Assembly (NCBI GenBank): GCA_017619445.1
Contig: JAFZSI010000021.1
Span: 10,216-74,215, forward strand
Length of the DNA: 64,000 nt
Reading direction: 5' to 3'
From: Prevotella sp.
Lineage (GTDB): Bacteria > Bacteroidota > Bacteroidia > Bacteroidales > Bacteroidaceae
Shown: in pieces, positions 19,742-29,880 of the stretch
Layout: each line of letters starts with the position of its first letter
Position numbering within the stretch: position 1 is the first letter of the stretch
Position numbers and translations under genes: made by a program
Notes under the pieces: model-generated
Database searches by the model: none
Seen by the model: only the letters and a program-made list of their open reading frames with translations
Told to the model about the DNA's origin: nothing

Positions 19742-20533
19742 CTAATAGCTGGCTGTGCAGTCGATGCCAGCAGCAATGACGCGGTCTCGAATGCTGTTCA
19801 GCTCGTCGGGCGATGCCTTTAGCAGCCCGCTGACGGGTGTCTCGCGGTCAATGGTGTAAATCATCACCTGCTGCGGGGCAATCTGTTTGACGGCTTCGAG
19901 CCATGGTGCCACAAAAGTCTCACCCATGTTGTTCACGTCGAAAGTCTCGCCGTCGATGCTGGCCGTGCCTTTCATGAACATGGTCTGAATGATGACATGT
20001 CCCTGAAACCGTTTCAGCTGTTCTATGACCTGGCGCACGTCGTAGGCATGGCTCACGGGGCGGTTCACCTTGTTAATATAATAAGGGTCGATGGTGTCGA
20101 GCTTCTGTATGTTGTTATCCACGCGCATCAGCGCGTCGTGGATGTGCAGGCGCCCGGTCATGGTGGCATTGCTCAGTACGCTCACCTTGGCCTCGGGGCA
20201 ATAGCGGTCGCGCAGGCGTATGGTGTCGTCAATGATGCTTGCGAAGTGCGGGTGGGCCGTAGGCTCGCCGTTGCCGGCGAACGTGAGCACGTCGGGCAGC
20301 TGGCCTTCGGCGGCCATTTTCTGCAGCTGCAGCTCCAAGGCCGTGCTCACCTGCTCCCGCGTGGGCCGCGGCAGGGTGGGTCGGTGGTCGCGGTTGAGTC
20401 CGCACTCACAGTAAATGCAGTCGAACGAACACACTTTTCCGTCGGGCGGCATGAGATTGATGCCAAGCGAAATGCCCAGACGGCGACTGTGGATGGGGCC
20501 GAAAATGGGCGAGGGATAAATCACTGTACTCAT
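19742..20533 (-). CDS. Radical SAM protein
   Basis: FGPIHSRRLGISLGIN and the CSFDCIYC cluster motif. Confidence 0.9.
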   Translation of the reverse strand: MSTVIYPSPIFGPIHSRRLGISLGINLMPPDGKVCSFDCIYCECGLNRDHRPTLPRPTREQVSTALELQLQKMAAEGQLPDVLTFAGNGEPTAHPHFASIIDDTIRLRDRYCPEAKVSVLSNATMTGRLHIHDALMRVDNNIQKLDTIDPYYINKVNRPVSHAYDVRQVIEQLKRFQGHVIIQTMFMKGTASIDGETFDVNNMGETFVAPWLEAVKQIAPQQVMIYTIDRETPVSGLLKASPDELNSIRDRVIAAGIDCTASY

Positions 20534-20681
20534 GGGTGCAAATGTAGCAAAACAATTGGAGATAGGATGGTGTGCGGGCGTTTTTTTTTGTGTCGCATGT
20601 TAATAGTAGTTAAATCCTCGTTTTGATGTCTTTTTTTTGCTACATTTGCACCAAATTTGGTGTATTATAGCCTTTTTAGAA

Positions 20682-21560
20682 ATGGGAAAAAAACGTAAGA
20701 AGTCCGGCAGCCGTTCTGGGTTGCAGGTCGTGACGCTTTGCATAAGCACCGCCATGGTGCTCATTTTGTTGGGAATGGTGGTCTTTTCGGTGCTTAGCGC
20801 ACGAAATCTCTCGACATACGTCAAGGAAAACCTCACAATAACCCTTATTTTGGGTGAGGATATGACAACGCCAGAGGCCCGTAACCTCTGCAAAGAACTG
20901 GCCAAGCAGCCCTACATTCATCACCTGAACTTCATCAGCAAGGAAGACGCGCTCAAGGAGCAGTCGAAGGAAATGGGTACCGACCCCACAGAGTTCACCG
21001 ACTTTAACCCCTTTGTGGGTTCCGTGGAGGTGCAGCTCAAAAGCGACTATGCCAACAACGATTCCGTAAAATGGATTTCTTCACAGCTGAAGAAAAATCC
21101 CCATGTCACCGACATTGTATATCCGCAGGAACTGATGGACAGCGTGAACAGCAAGCTCAAGAAGGTAAATCTCGTGTTGCTGGTGCTGGCCGTGCTGTTA
21201 ACGTTCGTGTCGTTCTCGCTTATCAACAATACGGTGCGACTGGGAGTCTATGCGCGCCGGTTCTCCATCCACACCATGAAGCTCGTGGGAGCGTCATGGG
21301 GATTCATACGCCGCCCCTTCGTCAAAAAAGCCATTGTAGCTGGCATTGCAGCAGGCGTGATTGCCGATGCGGTGCTGGCCGGTGGAGTCTATGCACTCTA
21401 TAACTACGAGCCCGAGGTGACAAATGTCATCACGTGGGACGTGCTGCTCATTACGGGTGTTTCGGTGTTGCTTTTCGGCATTATCATCACCATGCTCTGC
21501 TCCTGGTTCTCGGTCAACAAGTTCCTGCGCATGAAGGCGGGCGACCTGTATAAGATATAA
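20682..21560 (+). CDS. ftsX: Cell division permease FtsX
   Basis: TM layout; INNTVRL and TMKLVGASWGFIRRPF. Confidence 0.92.
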   Translation: MGKKRKKSGSRSGLQVVTLCISTAMVLILLGMVVFSVLSARNLSTYVKENLTITLILGEDMTTPEARNLCKELAKQPYIHHLNFISKEDALKEQSKEMGTDPTEFTDFNPFVGSVEVQLKSDYANNDSVKWISSQLKKNPHVTDIVYPQELMDSVNSKLKKVNLVLLVLAVLLTFVSFSLINNTVRLGVYARRFSIHTMKLVGASWGFIRRPFVKKAIVAGIAAGVIADAVLAGGVYALYNYEPEVTNVITWDVLLITGVSVLLFGIIITMLCSWFSVNKFLRMKAGDLYKI

Positions 21561-21647
21561 GCAGAGCCAAAGCCCCGAAGTCAGGGCGTTATCAGTGGGG
21601 ATGTGCTTGCGCACCCGTCATAATGGAATTAAGAAAAATACAATAAA

Positions 21648-21872
21648 ATGGACAGAAGAAATTACGCTTTCGACAAAGTCAACTTCATCTTACTTGCTGT
21701 CGGTATGGTCATCGTGCTGATAGGTTTCGTACTGATGAGCGTTTCGGGTTCTACCGAAAACAGTTACAATCCGGAGATTTTCAGCCCGCTGCACATCAAG
21801 GTAGCGCCCGCGGTGTGTTTTGTAGGCTTTGTTTCGGTAATCTACGCCATCATACGCAAACCCAAAGACTGA
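21648..21872 (+). CDS. DUF3098-like small membrane protein
   Basis: FDKVNFILLAVG..IFS..IKVAP; lies between ftsX and uppP. Confidence 0.8.
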   Translation: MDRRNYAFDKVNFILLAVGMVIVLIGFVLMSVSGSTENSYNPEIFSPLHIKVAPAVCFVGFVSVIYAIIRKPKD

Positions 21873-21894
21873 ACGACCAAACAACTAAAGAGAA

Positions 21895-22752
21895 ATGGAT
21901 TGGTTAGAAACTATCATCATTGCCATTGTTGAGGGGTTGACAGAATTTCTGCCCGTATCATCAACAGGTCACATGATTATTGCCCAAAACCTCTTGGGCG
22001 TTCCCCAGGGCGACGCTTTCGTCCATGCTTTCACATTCATCATTCAGTTTGGTGCCATCCTGTCGGTGGTGTTCCTTTACTGGAAACGTTTCTTCCGGTT
22101 CGACAACTCCCCGGCACCGGAAGGCAGCAGCCTGTTGCAACGGCTAAAGCATAAGTATTATTTCTATTGGCTGCTCATCGTGGGTGTGCTGCCGGCTGTG
22201 ATTATCGGGCTGTTGGCAAAGAAGTCGGGGCTGCTCGACTGGCTGCTCGACAGTGTTGAGGTGGTGGCAGTGATGCTTGTGTTGGGCGGAATCTTCATGC
22301 TGTTCTGCGACCGCCTGTTCAACAAGGGCAGCGATGACAATAAGGTGAACGAACGTCGTGCATTCAACATTGGCCTTTATCAGTGCATCTCTGTCATTCC
22401 GGGCGTGTCGCGCTCAATGGCAACCATCGTGGGCGGCATGACGCAGGGACTGACGCGCAAGCGCGCTGCCGAGTTCTCGTTCTTCCTTGCCGTGCCCACC
22501 ATGGCTGGTGCCACGCTGCTCGACTTGCTCGACTTGTTCAAGGAAGACACATCGTGGGCCACGAGCCACAACATTGCCATGCTCGTGCTGGGCTGCGTGG
22601 TGGCTTTTGTGGTTGCGCTGCTGGCCATGAAATGGTTTGTCAACTTCCTCACCAAATATGGGTTCAAGGCCTTTGGCTACTACCGCATCATTGTTGGCGG
22701 CATCATCATCCTCTTGCTGCTGACCGGACATTCACTCGCAATGGTTGACTGA
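21895..22752 (+). CDS. uppP: Undecaprenyl-diphosphate phosphatase
   Basis: VEGLTEFLPVSSTGH, PGVSRS, AAEFSFFLAVP. Confidence 0.96.
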   Translation: MDWLETIIIAIVEGLTEFLPVSSTGHMIIAQNLLGVPQGDAFVHAFTFIIQFGAILSVVFLYWKRFFRFDNSPAPEGSSLLQRLKHKYYFYWLLIVGVLPAVIIGLLAKKSGLLDWLLDSVEVVAVMLVLGGIFMLFCDRLFNKGSDDNKVNERRAFNIGLYQCISVIPGVSRSMATIVGGMTQGLTRKRAAEFSFFLAVPTMAGATLLDLLDLFKEDTSWATSHNIAMLVLGCVVAFVVALLAMKWFVNFLTKYGFKAFGYYRIIVGGIIILLLLTGHSLAMVD

Positions 22753-23453
22753 TGAACTTCAAAGAAGGCGAAATCATTCCCATCAACAAGCCCTACCGCA
22801 TGTCGAGTTTCGGTGCGCTGGCCCACGTCCGTTTCCTTATTTCCAAGAAAGCGGGTGTCAAACGCGTGAAAACAGGCCATGCAGGAACACTTGACCCGCT
22901 GGCTACAGGTGTTCTGATTCTCTGCACCGGCAAAGCCACCAAGCAGATAGAGCAGATGCAACTGCAAGTGAAGGAATACACGGCCACCTTGCAGCTTGGC
23001 GCCACCACGCCGAGCTACGACATGGAGCACCCTGTGGATGCCACCTTCCCGACAACCCACATCACGCGCGAACTGATTGAGCAGACGCTGCCCCGCTTCA
23101 TAGGCGAGATTGAGCAAGTGCCGCCAGCCTTCAGTGCCTGCATGGTTGACGGGCACCGCGCCTACAAAATGGCGCGCCGAGGCGAGAAAGTGGAACTGAA
23201 ACCCAAGACGCTGCGCATTGATGAGCTCGAACTGACCGCCTTCGACCCAGAAACCATGCAGATGAGCATCCGCGTGGTGTGCGGCAAAGGCACTTACATC
23301 CGCGCCCTGGCCCGCGACATTGGCGAGGCATTGGGAAGTGGAGCCTACCTCACCGCCCTGTGCCGCACCCGAGTGGGCGATGTGAGAATTGAAGACTGCA
23401 TCGACTTTGACCACCTGCAAGAATGGCTCGACCATCAGACCATTGAGGATTAG
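22752..23453 (+). CDS. truB: tRNA pseudouridine(55) synthase
   Basis: GHAGTLDPLATGVL and GTYIRALARDIG. Confidence 0.96.
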   Translation: MNFKEGEIIPINKPYRMSSFGALAHVRFLISKKAGVKRVKTGHAGTLDPLATGVLILCTGKATKQIEQMQLQVKEYTATLQLGATTPSYDMEHPVDATFPTTHITRELIEQTLPRFIGEIEQVPPAFSACMVDGHRAYKMARRGEKVELKPKTLRIDELELTAFDPETMQMSIRVVCGKGTYIRALARDIGEALGSGAYLTALCRTRVGDVRIEDCIDFDHLQEWLDHQTIED

Positions 23454-23555
23454 CCCGTCAGGCGACTTCCGTCAGTCCCATCCCTTCCCATAATTCCCAT
23501 CAACTCCCATAACTCCCAACAATACCCAGAAAATCCCATCAACTCACATAAAAAC

Positions 23556-24713
23556 ATGAAACTATCGCAATTCAAGTTCAGACTGCCCGACGAGCAAATA
23601 GCTCTTTACCCGCACAGCATTGAGCGCACATTCAAAAATGAGAACGGCGAAGACGAAGTGTTCAGAGTGACACGACGCGACGAGTGCCGCCTGATGGTGC
23701 TCCACAAACAGTCGAAAACCATCGACATGTTCCGCAAAGACGAAAACGGGAAACCCATTGAGGGCGATTACCTCGATTTCCGCAGTGTTCTCGACTATTT
23801 TGAAGAGGGCGACACCTTCGTGTTCAACAACACAAAGGTCTTTCCTGCCAGACTGTATGGCACCAAGGAGAAAACCGACGCGAAGATAGAGGTGTTCCTG
23901 CTCAGAGAACTTAATGAGGAAATGAGACTGTGGGACGTGCTGGTGGAGCCGGCACGCAAAATCCGCATCGGCAACAAGCTGTTTTTCGACGACAGCGGCA
24001 CCATGGTGGCAGAAGTCATTGACAACACCACCAGCCGTGGACGAACGCTGAGGTTTCTCTACGACTGTCCGCACGAGGAGTTTAAGCGCGAGCTGTATGC
24101 ACTCGGCGAGGCTCCCCTGCCACACTATATTGTTGACCACAGACCGGCAAATGCCGACGATATGGAGGATTTTCAGTGCATTTTCGCCCAGAAAGAGGGT
24201 GCTGTGACCGCACCGGCTACCGGTCTGCACTTCAGCCGCGAGCTGATGAAGCGCATGGAAATACGTGGCATCAACTTTGCATACATTACGCTCCACTGCG
24301 CGTTAGGCAATTTCCACGACATTGAGGTGGAAGACCTCACAAAGCACAAAATGGACTCCGAGCAGATGTTTATCGATGCTGAGGCTTGTCGCATTGTCAA
24401 TGCCACCAAAGCCGCCGGACACAAAGTGTGCGTGGTGGGAACGAGCGTGGCAAAAGCCACCGAGACCGCCGTGGGAACAGACGGACAGCTGAAAGAATAT
24501 GAGGGTTGGACCAACAAGTTTATCTTCCCGCCCTACGAGTTCGGACTGGCCGACACCATGATTGCCAACTTCTACCATCCTTTCTCCACGCTGCTCATGT
24601 CAACTGCAGCCTTCGGAGGCTACGACCTCGTCATGGAAGCCTACGACCTGGCCATCAACAACGGCTACAAGTTCGGCTGCTATGGCGATGCCTTGCTCAT
24701 TGTCAACGACTGA
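23556..24713 (+). CDS. queA: S-adenosylmethionine:tRNA ribosyltransferase-isomerase
   Basis: FNNTKVFPARL, GAVTAPATGLHF, ANFYHP.ST, YGDALLI. Confidence 0.93.
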   Translation: MKLSQFKFRLPDEQIALYPHSIERTFKNENGEDEVFRVTRRDECRLMVLHKQSKTIDMFRKDENGKPIEGDYLDFRSVLDYFEEGDTFVFNNTKVFPARLYGTKEKTDAKIEVFLLRELNEEMRLWDVLVEPARKIRIGNKLFFDDSGTMVAEVIDNTTSRGRTLRFLYDCPHEEFKRELYALGEAPLPHYIVDHRPANADDMEDFQCIFAQKEGAVTAPATGLHFSRELMKRMEIRGINFAYITLHCALGNFHDIEVEDLTKHKMDSEQMFIDAEACRIVNATKAAGHKVCVVGTSVAKATETAVGTDGQLKEYEGWTNKFIFPPYEFGLADTMIANFYHPFSTLLMSTAAFGGYDLVMEAYDLAINNGYKFGCYGDALLIVND

Positions 24714-25159
24714 TGCACACCGTTTATCTCAGTTTAGGAACCAACTTAGGCTATCGCAAGCGAAACATACGCCGCGCGATTGTAAAAATAGAAGAGCAGA
24801 TTGGCCACGTGGTGCGCCAGTCTGCTCTCTACGAAACTGAGCCTTGGGGATTCAGCTCTGCCAACAAATTTGTCAATGCGGCGGTGTGCGTGGAGACACG
24901 GCTCACTCCGCAAGAACTGCTCAAGGCCACACAAGCCATAGAACAGCAACTGGGGCGCACCCACAAAACCACCAAGGCCCAGGACGGGCGGCCCGCCAAG
25001 GGAACCAGTTATCAGGACCGCCTCATTGACATCGATATACTGCTCTACGACGACATCACTATCGACGAACCAGACCTCAAGATTCCCCATCCGCTGATGC
25101 AAGAGCGCGAGTTCGTGATGGTGCCATTGGGTGAAATCATGCCCAGCACCGGACGTTAG
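24713..25159 (+). CDS. folK: 2-amino-4-hydroxy-6-hydroxymethyldihydropteridine diphosphokinase
   Basis: YLSLGTNLG, YETEPWG, RLIDIDILLY, IPHP; ATG overlaps the queA stop. Confidence 0.95.
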   Translation: MHTVYLSLGTNLGYRKRNIRRAIVKIEEQIGHVVRQSALYETEPWGFSSANKFVNAAVCVETRLTPQELLKATQAIEQQLGRTHKTTKAQDGRPAKGTSYQDRLIDIDILLYDDITIDEPDLKIPHPLMQEREFVMVPLGEIMPSTGR

Positions 25160-25189
25160 CATCACAGACTGCCCAACGGCAACAACAAC

Positions 25190-25310
25190 GTCGCACTTTA
25201 CGTTTCGCAAAATGCAGGTTTACGTCAGAATTTTCTAGAAAATTTGAACGTAAAGTGCCGCTTTATAAAAACAGTGGCGCGCATTGCGATTGCAACGCGC
25301 GCCACTGGCA
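25190..25310. repeat. Modular palindromic repeat, cluster 4
   Basis: 36-bp palindrome at 25219-25254 with a flanking TTTACG...CGCAAA unit and a GTGGCGCGC/GCGCGCCAC hairpin. Confidence 0.85.
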
Positions 25311-25325
25311 GTTTCATCAGTCATG

Positions 25326-27824
25326 TTATTCCGTTTGCTGGCTGCGCTGCCTGCGCAGTTGGAAGAAGGCCACGCCAAGAATGGCGAGAATGAGCAGCGC
25401 GGTGGATATGTAGGCGAGCGTCTCGGTGGTCTTCACCGACTTGGGGAAGAACTGCAGCACCACCTTGTGCTTGCCTGGCGCCACATTGAGCGCGCGCAGG
25501 ATGTAGTTGACGCGTCCCAGCTCGGCCGTCTTGCCGTCGATGGTGGCTGTCCAGCCGGGATAGTAGATTTCAGAGAACACTACGACGCCGCCTTTGTCGC
25601 TTTCCACGTCATAACTGAGCTGGTTGGGCTCGTAGGCCGTGATGGTGACCACGGAATTGTTCTGTTGCGTGCTCTGTCCGAGCTGTTGGCTGAACTTGCG
25701 GTCGGCCACGGCCTCATGGCGCAGGTCAATCTTGCCCACGCCCTCAATTTCCTGGTTGGCATTGTCCACATAGCTCACCTTGTCCACGAACCAGGCGTTG
25801 CCGTATGCGTAAGGATTGAGCAGGGGCACTGTCTGGCCGCCTTGCAGGGGCATGATGACGTATTTGGTGTTGAGCATGTTGAGCACGGGATAGATTGAGT
25901 CGCCGGCCACGTTGGTCATGTCGCCCTGCGCGTCGGCCACTGCCTCCATCATTGCCTCCATCTCGGGCATGATGTGTGCGTCAATCATTTCCTGGTAGCG
26001 GCGTAGCTTGGCAGCATGGTAGCCGCCGATGCTCTTGTGGTAGTACGATGTCTCGTTCTCGTTGAATGTGTTCGTGGCAAGGTTCAGCACGCGGTAGTCG
26101 AGGCTCTTGTCCTGCAGAATCTGCTCGTCGGTGGGTGTCAGAGGCTGCGGGGCGTCGCGCTGGCTCTTTGCCACAAACATGGCGTCGTTCAGGTAGCGCT
26201 TATCTATCATCCACATGTCCACGAGGCAGAGCACCAGCATGGCTCCGATGGCATATTCCTTCTTCAGTTTCTTCATCAGGGCGGCCAACAGCAGGGCCGC
26301 ACCTATGACGATGATCCAGAACGAACGCCAGCTGTCGGCGGTGAACATGGCCCGACGCACCTCGCGCAGGTTGTCGAGCAGTGGGTTAAGCTGTTCGGGC
26401 GGGAACTGGCGCAGGGCCTGCATCTCGGCAGAGGAAACGAAGTCGGAGAAGAACATGCCGGGCATGACGGCAAACAACGCGCAAATGCCTGCGGTGACGG
26501 CAAAACTCGTAATCAGCGGCGTGCGCAGTTGTTTAAGTGTTAGTTTGCCCGAGAACACCTCTTTGAGTGCCATGACGGCCAGAAGGGGAATGGTGAACTC
26601 GGCAATGACCAGGATGCTGGCCACGGTGCGGAATTTGGCGTACATGGGCACATAGTCGATGAAGAAGTCGGTGAGCCCCATGAAATTCTTTCCCCATGAG
26701 AGCAGCACGGACAACAGCGTGACGGCCAATAGTGCCCACTTCATAGGGCCTTTGACCACAAACAGCCCCAACACAAAGAGGAACAGCACGAACGCACCCA
26801 CATATACGGGGCCGCTGGTGCCGGGCTGCTCGCCCCAGTACTGCCCCAGCTGCTCATAGATGGGCAGGTAGTCGTTCTGAGCGTGCTTCATGGCGGTTTC
26901 GTTCATGCTCAGCGGGATGGAGGCGCCGCCTTTGGTGTTGGGAACCAGCAGTGTCCAAGTCTCACCTATGCCATAGCTCCACTGGGTTATATAGTCGCGG
27001 TCCAGACCGCTATTAGTCTGGTTGGCGGCGTTGGCTTTCACCAGTTCACTCTTGCCTCGCATGGACTCTTGTCCGTATTGCCAGGTGTGATACAGGTTCG
27101 AGGCGTTGATGCCGATGCCCAACAGGGCACCCACAACGCAGGCCGCGGTGGCCTTTGCAAAGTGGACCAGGCGCTTTTGACGGATGGACTCAATGAACCA
27201 CGCAATCACCATGGCTGCAATGACAAAGAGATAATAGTAGGTCATCTGCACATGGTTGGCATTGACCTCGAAAGCGGCGAACAGAGCCGTCACAATCAGT
27301 CCCCAAAGGTATTTGCCGCGGTAGGCCAGCACAATGCCCGCGATGAGCGGCGGCAGATAGGCCAGAGCCATCACCTTCCAAATGTGACCCGCTGCAATGA
27401 TGATGAGAAAATAGCTGCTGAACGCCCAAATCACCGAACCCAACGCCGCCAACTGCCAACGGAAATCAAAAGCCCTGAGCAGGATATAGAATCCCAGCAG
27501 ATAGACAAACAGATACCACACATTTTCAGGCAGCCACAAGTGGTAGGCCTTGATAACCTGTCCAAGGCCGTCGGTGCTGTTGTACGAGGGCGATGTCTGG
27601 TACGTAGGCATGCCGCTGAAGGTGGAGTTTGTCCAGCGGGTGCGCTCTCCTTTCTTCTGATAGTACTCCAGTGCCTCCTGGCCGGCGCCTCTTCCCGCAG
27701 AGGAATCATGACGGTAGAGAATGCGTCCCTCCATGTCAGCAGGGAAGAAATAAGCAAACGAAATGACGGCGAAGAGCACCACTACGAGCACTTCGGGCAG
27801 GATTTTTCTCAGTTGTTCTTTCAT
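25326..27824 (-). CDS. YfhO-family multi-pass membrane protein (GT-C-like)
   Basis: WTNSTFSGMPTY, ANHVQMTYY, SIGGYHAAKLRRY, FSEIYYPGW. Confidence 0.88.
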   Translation of the reverse strand: MKEQLRKILPEVLVVVLFAVISFAYFFPADMEGRILYRHDSSAGRGAGQEALEYYQKKGERTRWTNSTFSGMPTYQTSPSYNSTDGLGQVIKAYHLWLPENVWYLFVYLLGFYILLRAFDFRWQLAALGSVIWAFSSYFLIIIAAGHIWKVMALAYLPPLIAGIVLAYRGKYLWGLIVTALFAAFEVNANHVQMTYYYLFVIAAMVIAWFIESIRQKRLVHFAKATAACVVGALLGIGINASNLYHTWQYGQESMRGKSELVKANAANQTNSGLDRDYITQWSYGIGETWTLLVPNTKGGASIPLSMNETAMKHAQNDYLPIYEQLGQYWGEQPGTSGPVYVGAFVLFLFVLGLFVVKGPMKWALLAVTLLSVLLSWGKNFMGLTDFFIDYVPMYAKFRTVASILVIAEFTIPLLAVMALKEVFSGKLTLKQLRTPLITSFAVTAGICALFAVMPGMFFSDFVSSAEMQALRQFPPEQLNPLLDNLREVRRAMFTADSWRSFWIIVIGAALLLAALMKKLKKEYAIGAMLVLCLVDMWMIDKRYLNDAMFVAKSQRDAPQPLTPTDEQILQDKSLDYRVLNLATNTFNENETSYYHKSIGGYHAAKLRRYQEMIDAHIMPEMEAMMEAVADAQGDMTNVAGDSIYPVLNMLNTKYVIMPLQGGQTVPLLNPYAYGNAWFVDKVSYVDNANQEIEGVGKIDLRHEAVADRKFSQQLGQSTQQNNSVVTITAYEPNQLSYDVESDKGGVVVFSEIYYPGWTATIDGKTAELGRVNYILRALNVAPGKHKVVLQFFPKSVKTTETLAYISTALLILAILGVAFFQLRRQRSQQTE

Positions 27825-27847
27825 GTTGGCGTTTGTGAGTTCTGTTC

Positions 27848-27903
27848 AAAAATCTGAGTATGCGAGAACAAAGAAAAGTCTTTTTCTTTGCCGGGCGGGA
27901 AGA
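27848..27903 (-). repeat. Promoter-associated hairpin, family P2
   Basis: CTTCCCGCCCGGCAAAGAAAA-agac-TTTTCTTTGTTCTCGCATACTCAGATTTT, near-identical to 44059-44112. Confidence 0.7.
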
Positions 27904-28070
27904 TTTCTTGCAATTTTCTGCAAAAATACACAAAAAACACGATGCAGAAAAGTTTTTTTGCAAAAAAATGGCCGTCGCAAGTTCCATTGTTCGCTAATCG
28001 TGCGATTTGCGGCGGCTGTAGGGCATGGCGCGGCTTGTTCTGAAGGTGGCCAGTGCCATTCTGAGAATTA

Positions 28071-29306
28071 TCAATATCCTTTGTTCTCCGCGCGCAGACG
28101 TTCCTGCAACTCTTTTGGCGTGCATCCCTCAAACTGCCGGAAACACCGGTAGAACGAACTGGACGACGAGAACCCCACCCGCATGTAGAGTTCGTTCATC
28201 TGCAGCTCGGGTTTCTGTTCAATCATCTTCTTGGCATAGTCAACGCGCTTCTTGTTGATGTACTCGGCAAACGAGGTGCCCATTTCCACGTTGATGGCGC
28301 GGTAAATGTAGTTGCGGTTGCAGCACAACAGTTCGGCCAGGTCGCTGATTTTGAGGCCGTTTTGCAAGAATACCTTCTCCTCGTCCATCAATTTCTCTAT
28401 GCGGTCGCGCAATTCGCGCATGCGCTCAGCAGCCTCCTTGCGCGCCTGCCGCTCCTTGTCGCTGGTCTGCGTCTGTGGTATGGCTGCTGCGGCGTTCGCG
28501 AGAAGGTCTGTCGCTGTTTCCTTCATACTGCTTTCCGCCACGATGGCCGGATATTTGTATCGGATGCCGATATACACCTGAAGAAAAATCAGCAGGGCAA
28601 ACATCATCGAGGGGAAGGCCAGCATGAGCGGGTCGTCAACAAAACGGTGGCGGCCTAACATGTTGCTGACCGCCGACAGTGCGGATGTGATGAGGAACAA
28701 AACGAACATGAGCCTCACCATGACGAGCTTGTGCTGGTCAACATCGGCATAACTGCGCGATACAAGGGTGTTGTAATAATTGATTTTGCGCGCGCCAAGC
28801 GCGGCAAGGGGCAGAATCTGCAAACCGAACACCCACTTCACGGCCTGATGGGCATAGACCGAGGCGAGGGCGTAGCCCGAAAGGCCCTCGGAACTGTTCT
28901 CATAGAGGAAGGTGTTGATGAAATCGTGCTGCTCATTGGCACTCATCAGCAGATAGCAGACCGTAACGGCCAATCCGCAGAGCAATGGCGGCACTAACCA
29001 TCCTAAATGTGAATACCATCGGGGACGCGAATTGCTCAGCTCGCACACATAAATGTAATATAAGGGATAGACTGCCGGACTGCAGAAGCAATACAACGAG
29101 TCGGTGAGGGGAATGCTTTCGTAATTGCACATGAAATAAGTGGCATGGCCCAGGTAGAGAAATACACAGGCCACCACAAACACCAACAGGCATACTTTCG
29201 TTCGCAACACGTAACGGTTGTGCTCGTCGAGCAGTTCCATGGCTATGAACACCGAAAGGACAAGCGTCACAAACAAAGGCAGAAAAATGACAAAAGCATT
29301 GAACAT
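28071..29306 (-). CDS. Membrane-anchored AraC-family regulator (multi-TM N-terminus, C-terminal AraC HTH)
   Basis: About 7 hydrophobic segments; LKISDLAELL..NRNYI..F.EYIN..RV, VGFSSSSSFYRCFRQFEGCTP; -7 box immediately upstream (29311-29318) suggests a nearly leaderless mRNA. Confidence 0.92.
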   Translation of the reverse strand: MFNAFVIFLPLFVTLVLSVFIAMELLDEHNRYVLRTKVCLLVFVVACVFLYLGHATYFMCNYESIPLTDSLYCFCSPAVYPLYYIYVCELSNSRPRWYSHLGWLVPPLLCGLAVTVCYLLMSANEQHDFINTFLYENSSEGLSGYALASVYAHQAVKWVFGLQILPLAALGARKINYYNTLVSRSYADVDQHKLVMVRLMFVLFLITSALSAVSNMLGRHRFVDDPLMLAFPSMMFALLIFLQVYIGIRYKYPAIVAESSMKETATDLLANAAAAIPQTQTSDKERQARKEAAERMRELRDRIEKLMDEEKVFLQNGLKISDLAELLCCNRNYIYRAINVEMGTSFAEYINKKRVDYAKKMIEQKPELQMNELYMRVGFSSSSSFYRCFRQFEGCTPKELQERLRAENKGY

Positions 29307-29327
29307 GCGGCAAAGATAAACCAAAAA

Positions 29328-29443
29328 TGCGAATTTGGGAATACCTAGGAAAAGAAAATGTGAATTTGGGAATCATTTCTGCAAATATGGGAAAGACTTC
29401 TGCTAATTCGGGAACAGCATTTGCCGAAATGTGCTTATCTTTG
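29328..29443 (+). promoter_or_regulatory. Four direct-repeat TGYNAATTTGGGAA boxes and -7 promoter box
   Basis: Box cores start at 29331, 29362, 29383 and 29404 (31/21/21 bp apart); TATCTTTG at 29436. Confidence 0.7.
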
Positions 29444-29485
29444 CAGAAATTAAACCAAGTATTCATCATTCAAGAATTAACAACC

Positions 29486-29848
29486 ATGAAAACAAAAATT
29501 CTTTTCACATTCATTGCCTTGTTCTTGGCAATCTCTGTGTCAGCTCAACCGCCGCGCGCCAGAGAGGAAGCACGACGACTGACCAACCACATGGACCGCA
29601 AAGTGGGACTAAGCCGCGGACAGTATGACGAAATCTACCGCATCAACCTGCGCTACGCATTGCGCGAGATAGGTCCGGAACGCCGCGACAGAGCCTACCA
29701 ACGTGTGCTCACCCCACGCCAGTGGGACGATTATATGATTACCAGACCGCGCCATCCGCGTGGCCCGCGTCCCGAGGCAGGTCCTCCACCTCCCCGCCGC
29801 GACCGTGGCCCACATCATAGAAGAGGTTCACGTGCGCGCAGGCGCTAA
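29486..29848 (+). CDS. Small secreted protein, Spy/CpxP-like LTxxQ domain with Pro/Arg tail (paralog 1)
   Basis: Signal peptide ending VSA/Q; LSRGQ and LTPRQ motifs; nearly identical N-domain to the next gene. Confidence 0.8.
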   Translation: MKTKILFTFIALFLAISVSAQPPRAREEARRLTNHMDRKVGLSRGQYDEIYRINLRYALREIGPERRDRAYQRVLTPRQWDDYMITRPRHPRGPRPEAGPPPPRRDRGPHHRRGSRARRR

Positions 29849-29880
29849 TACTTATTGTTTAATACTAATTATCAGTAACC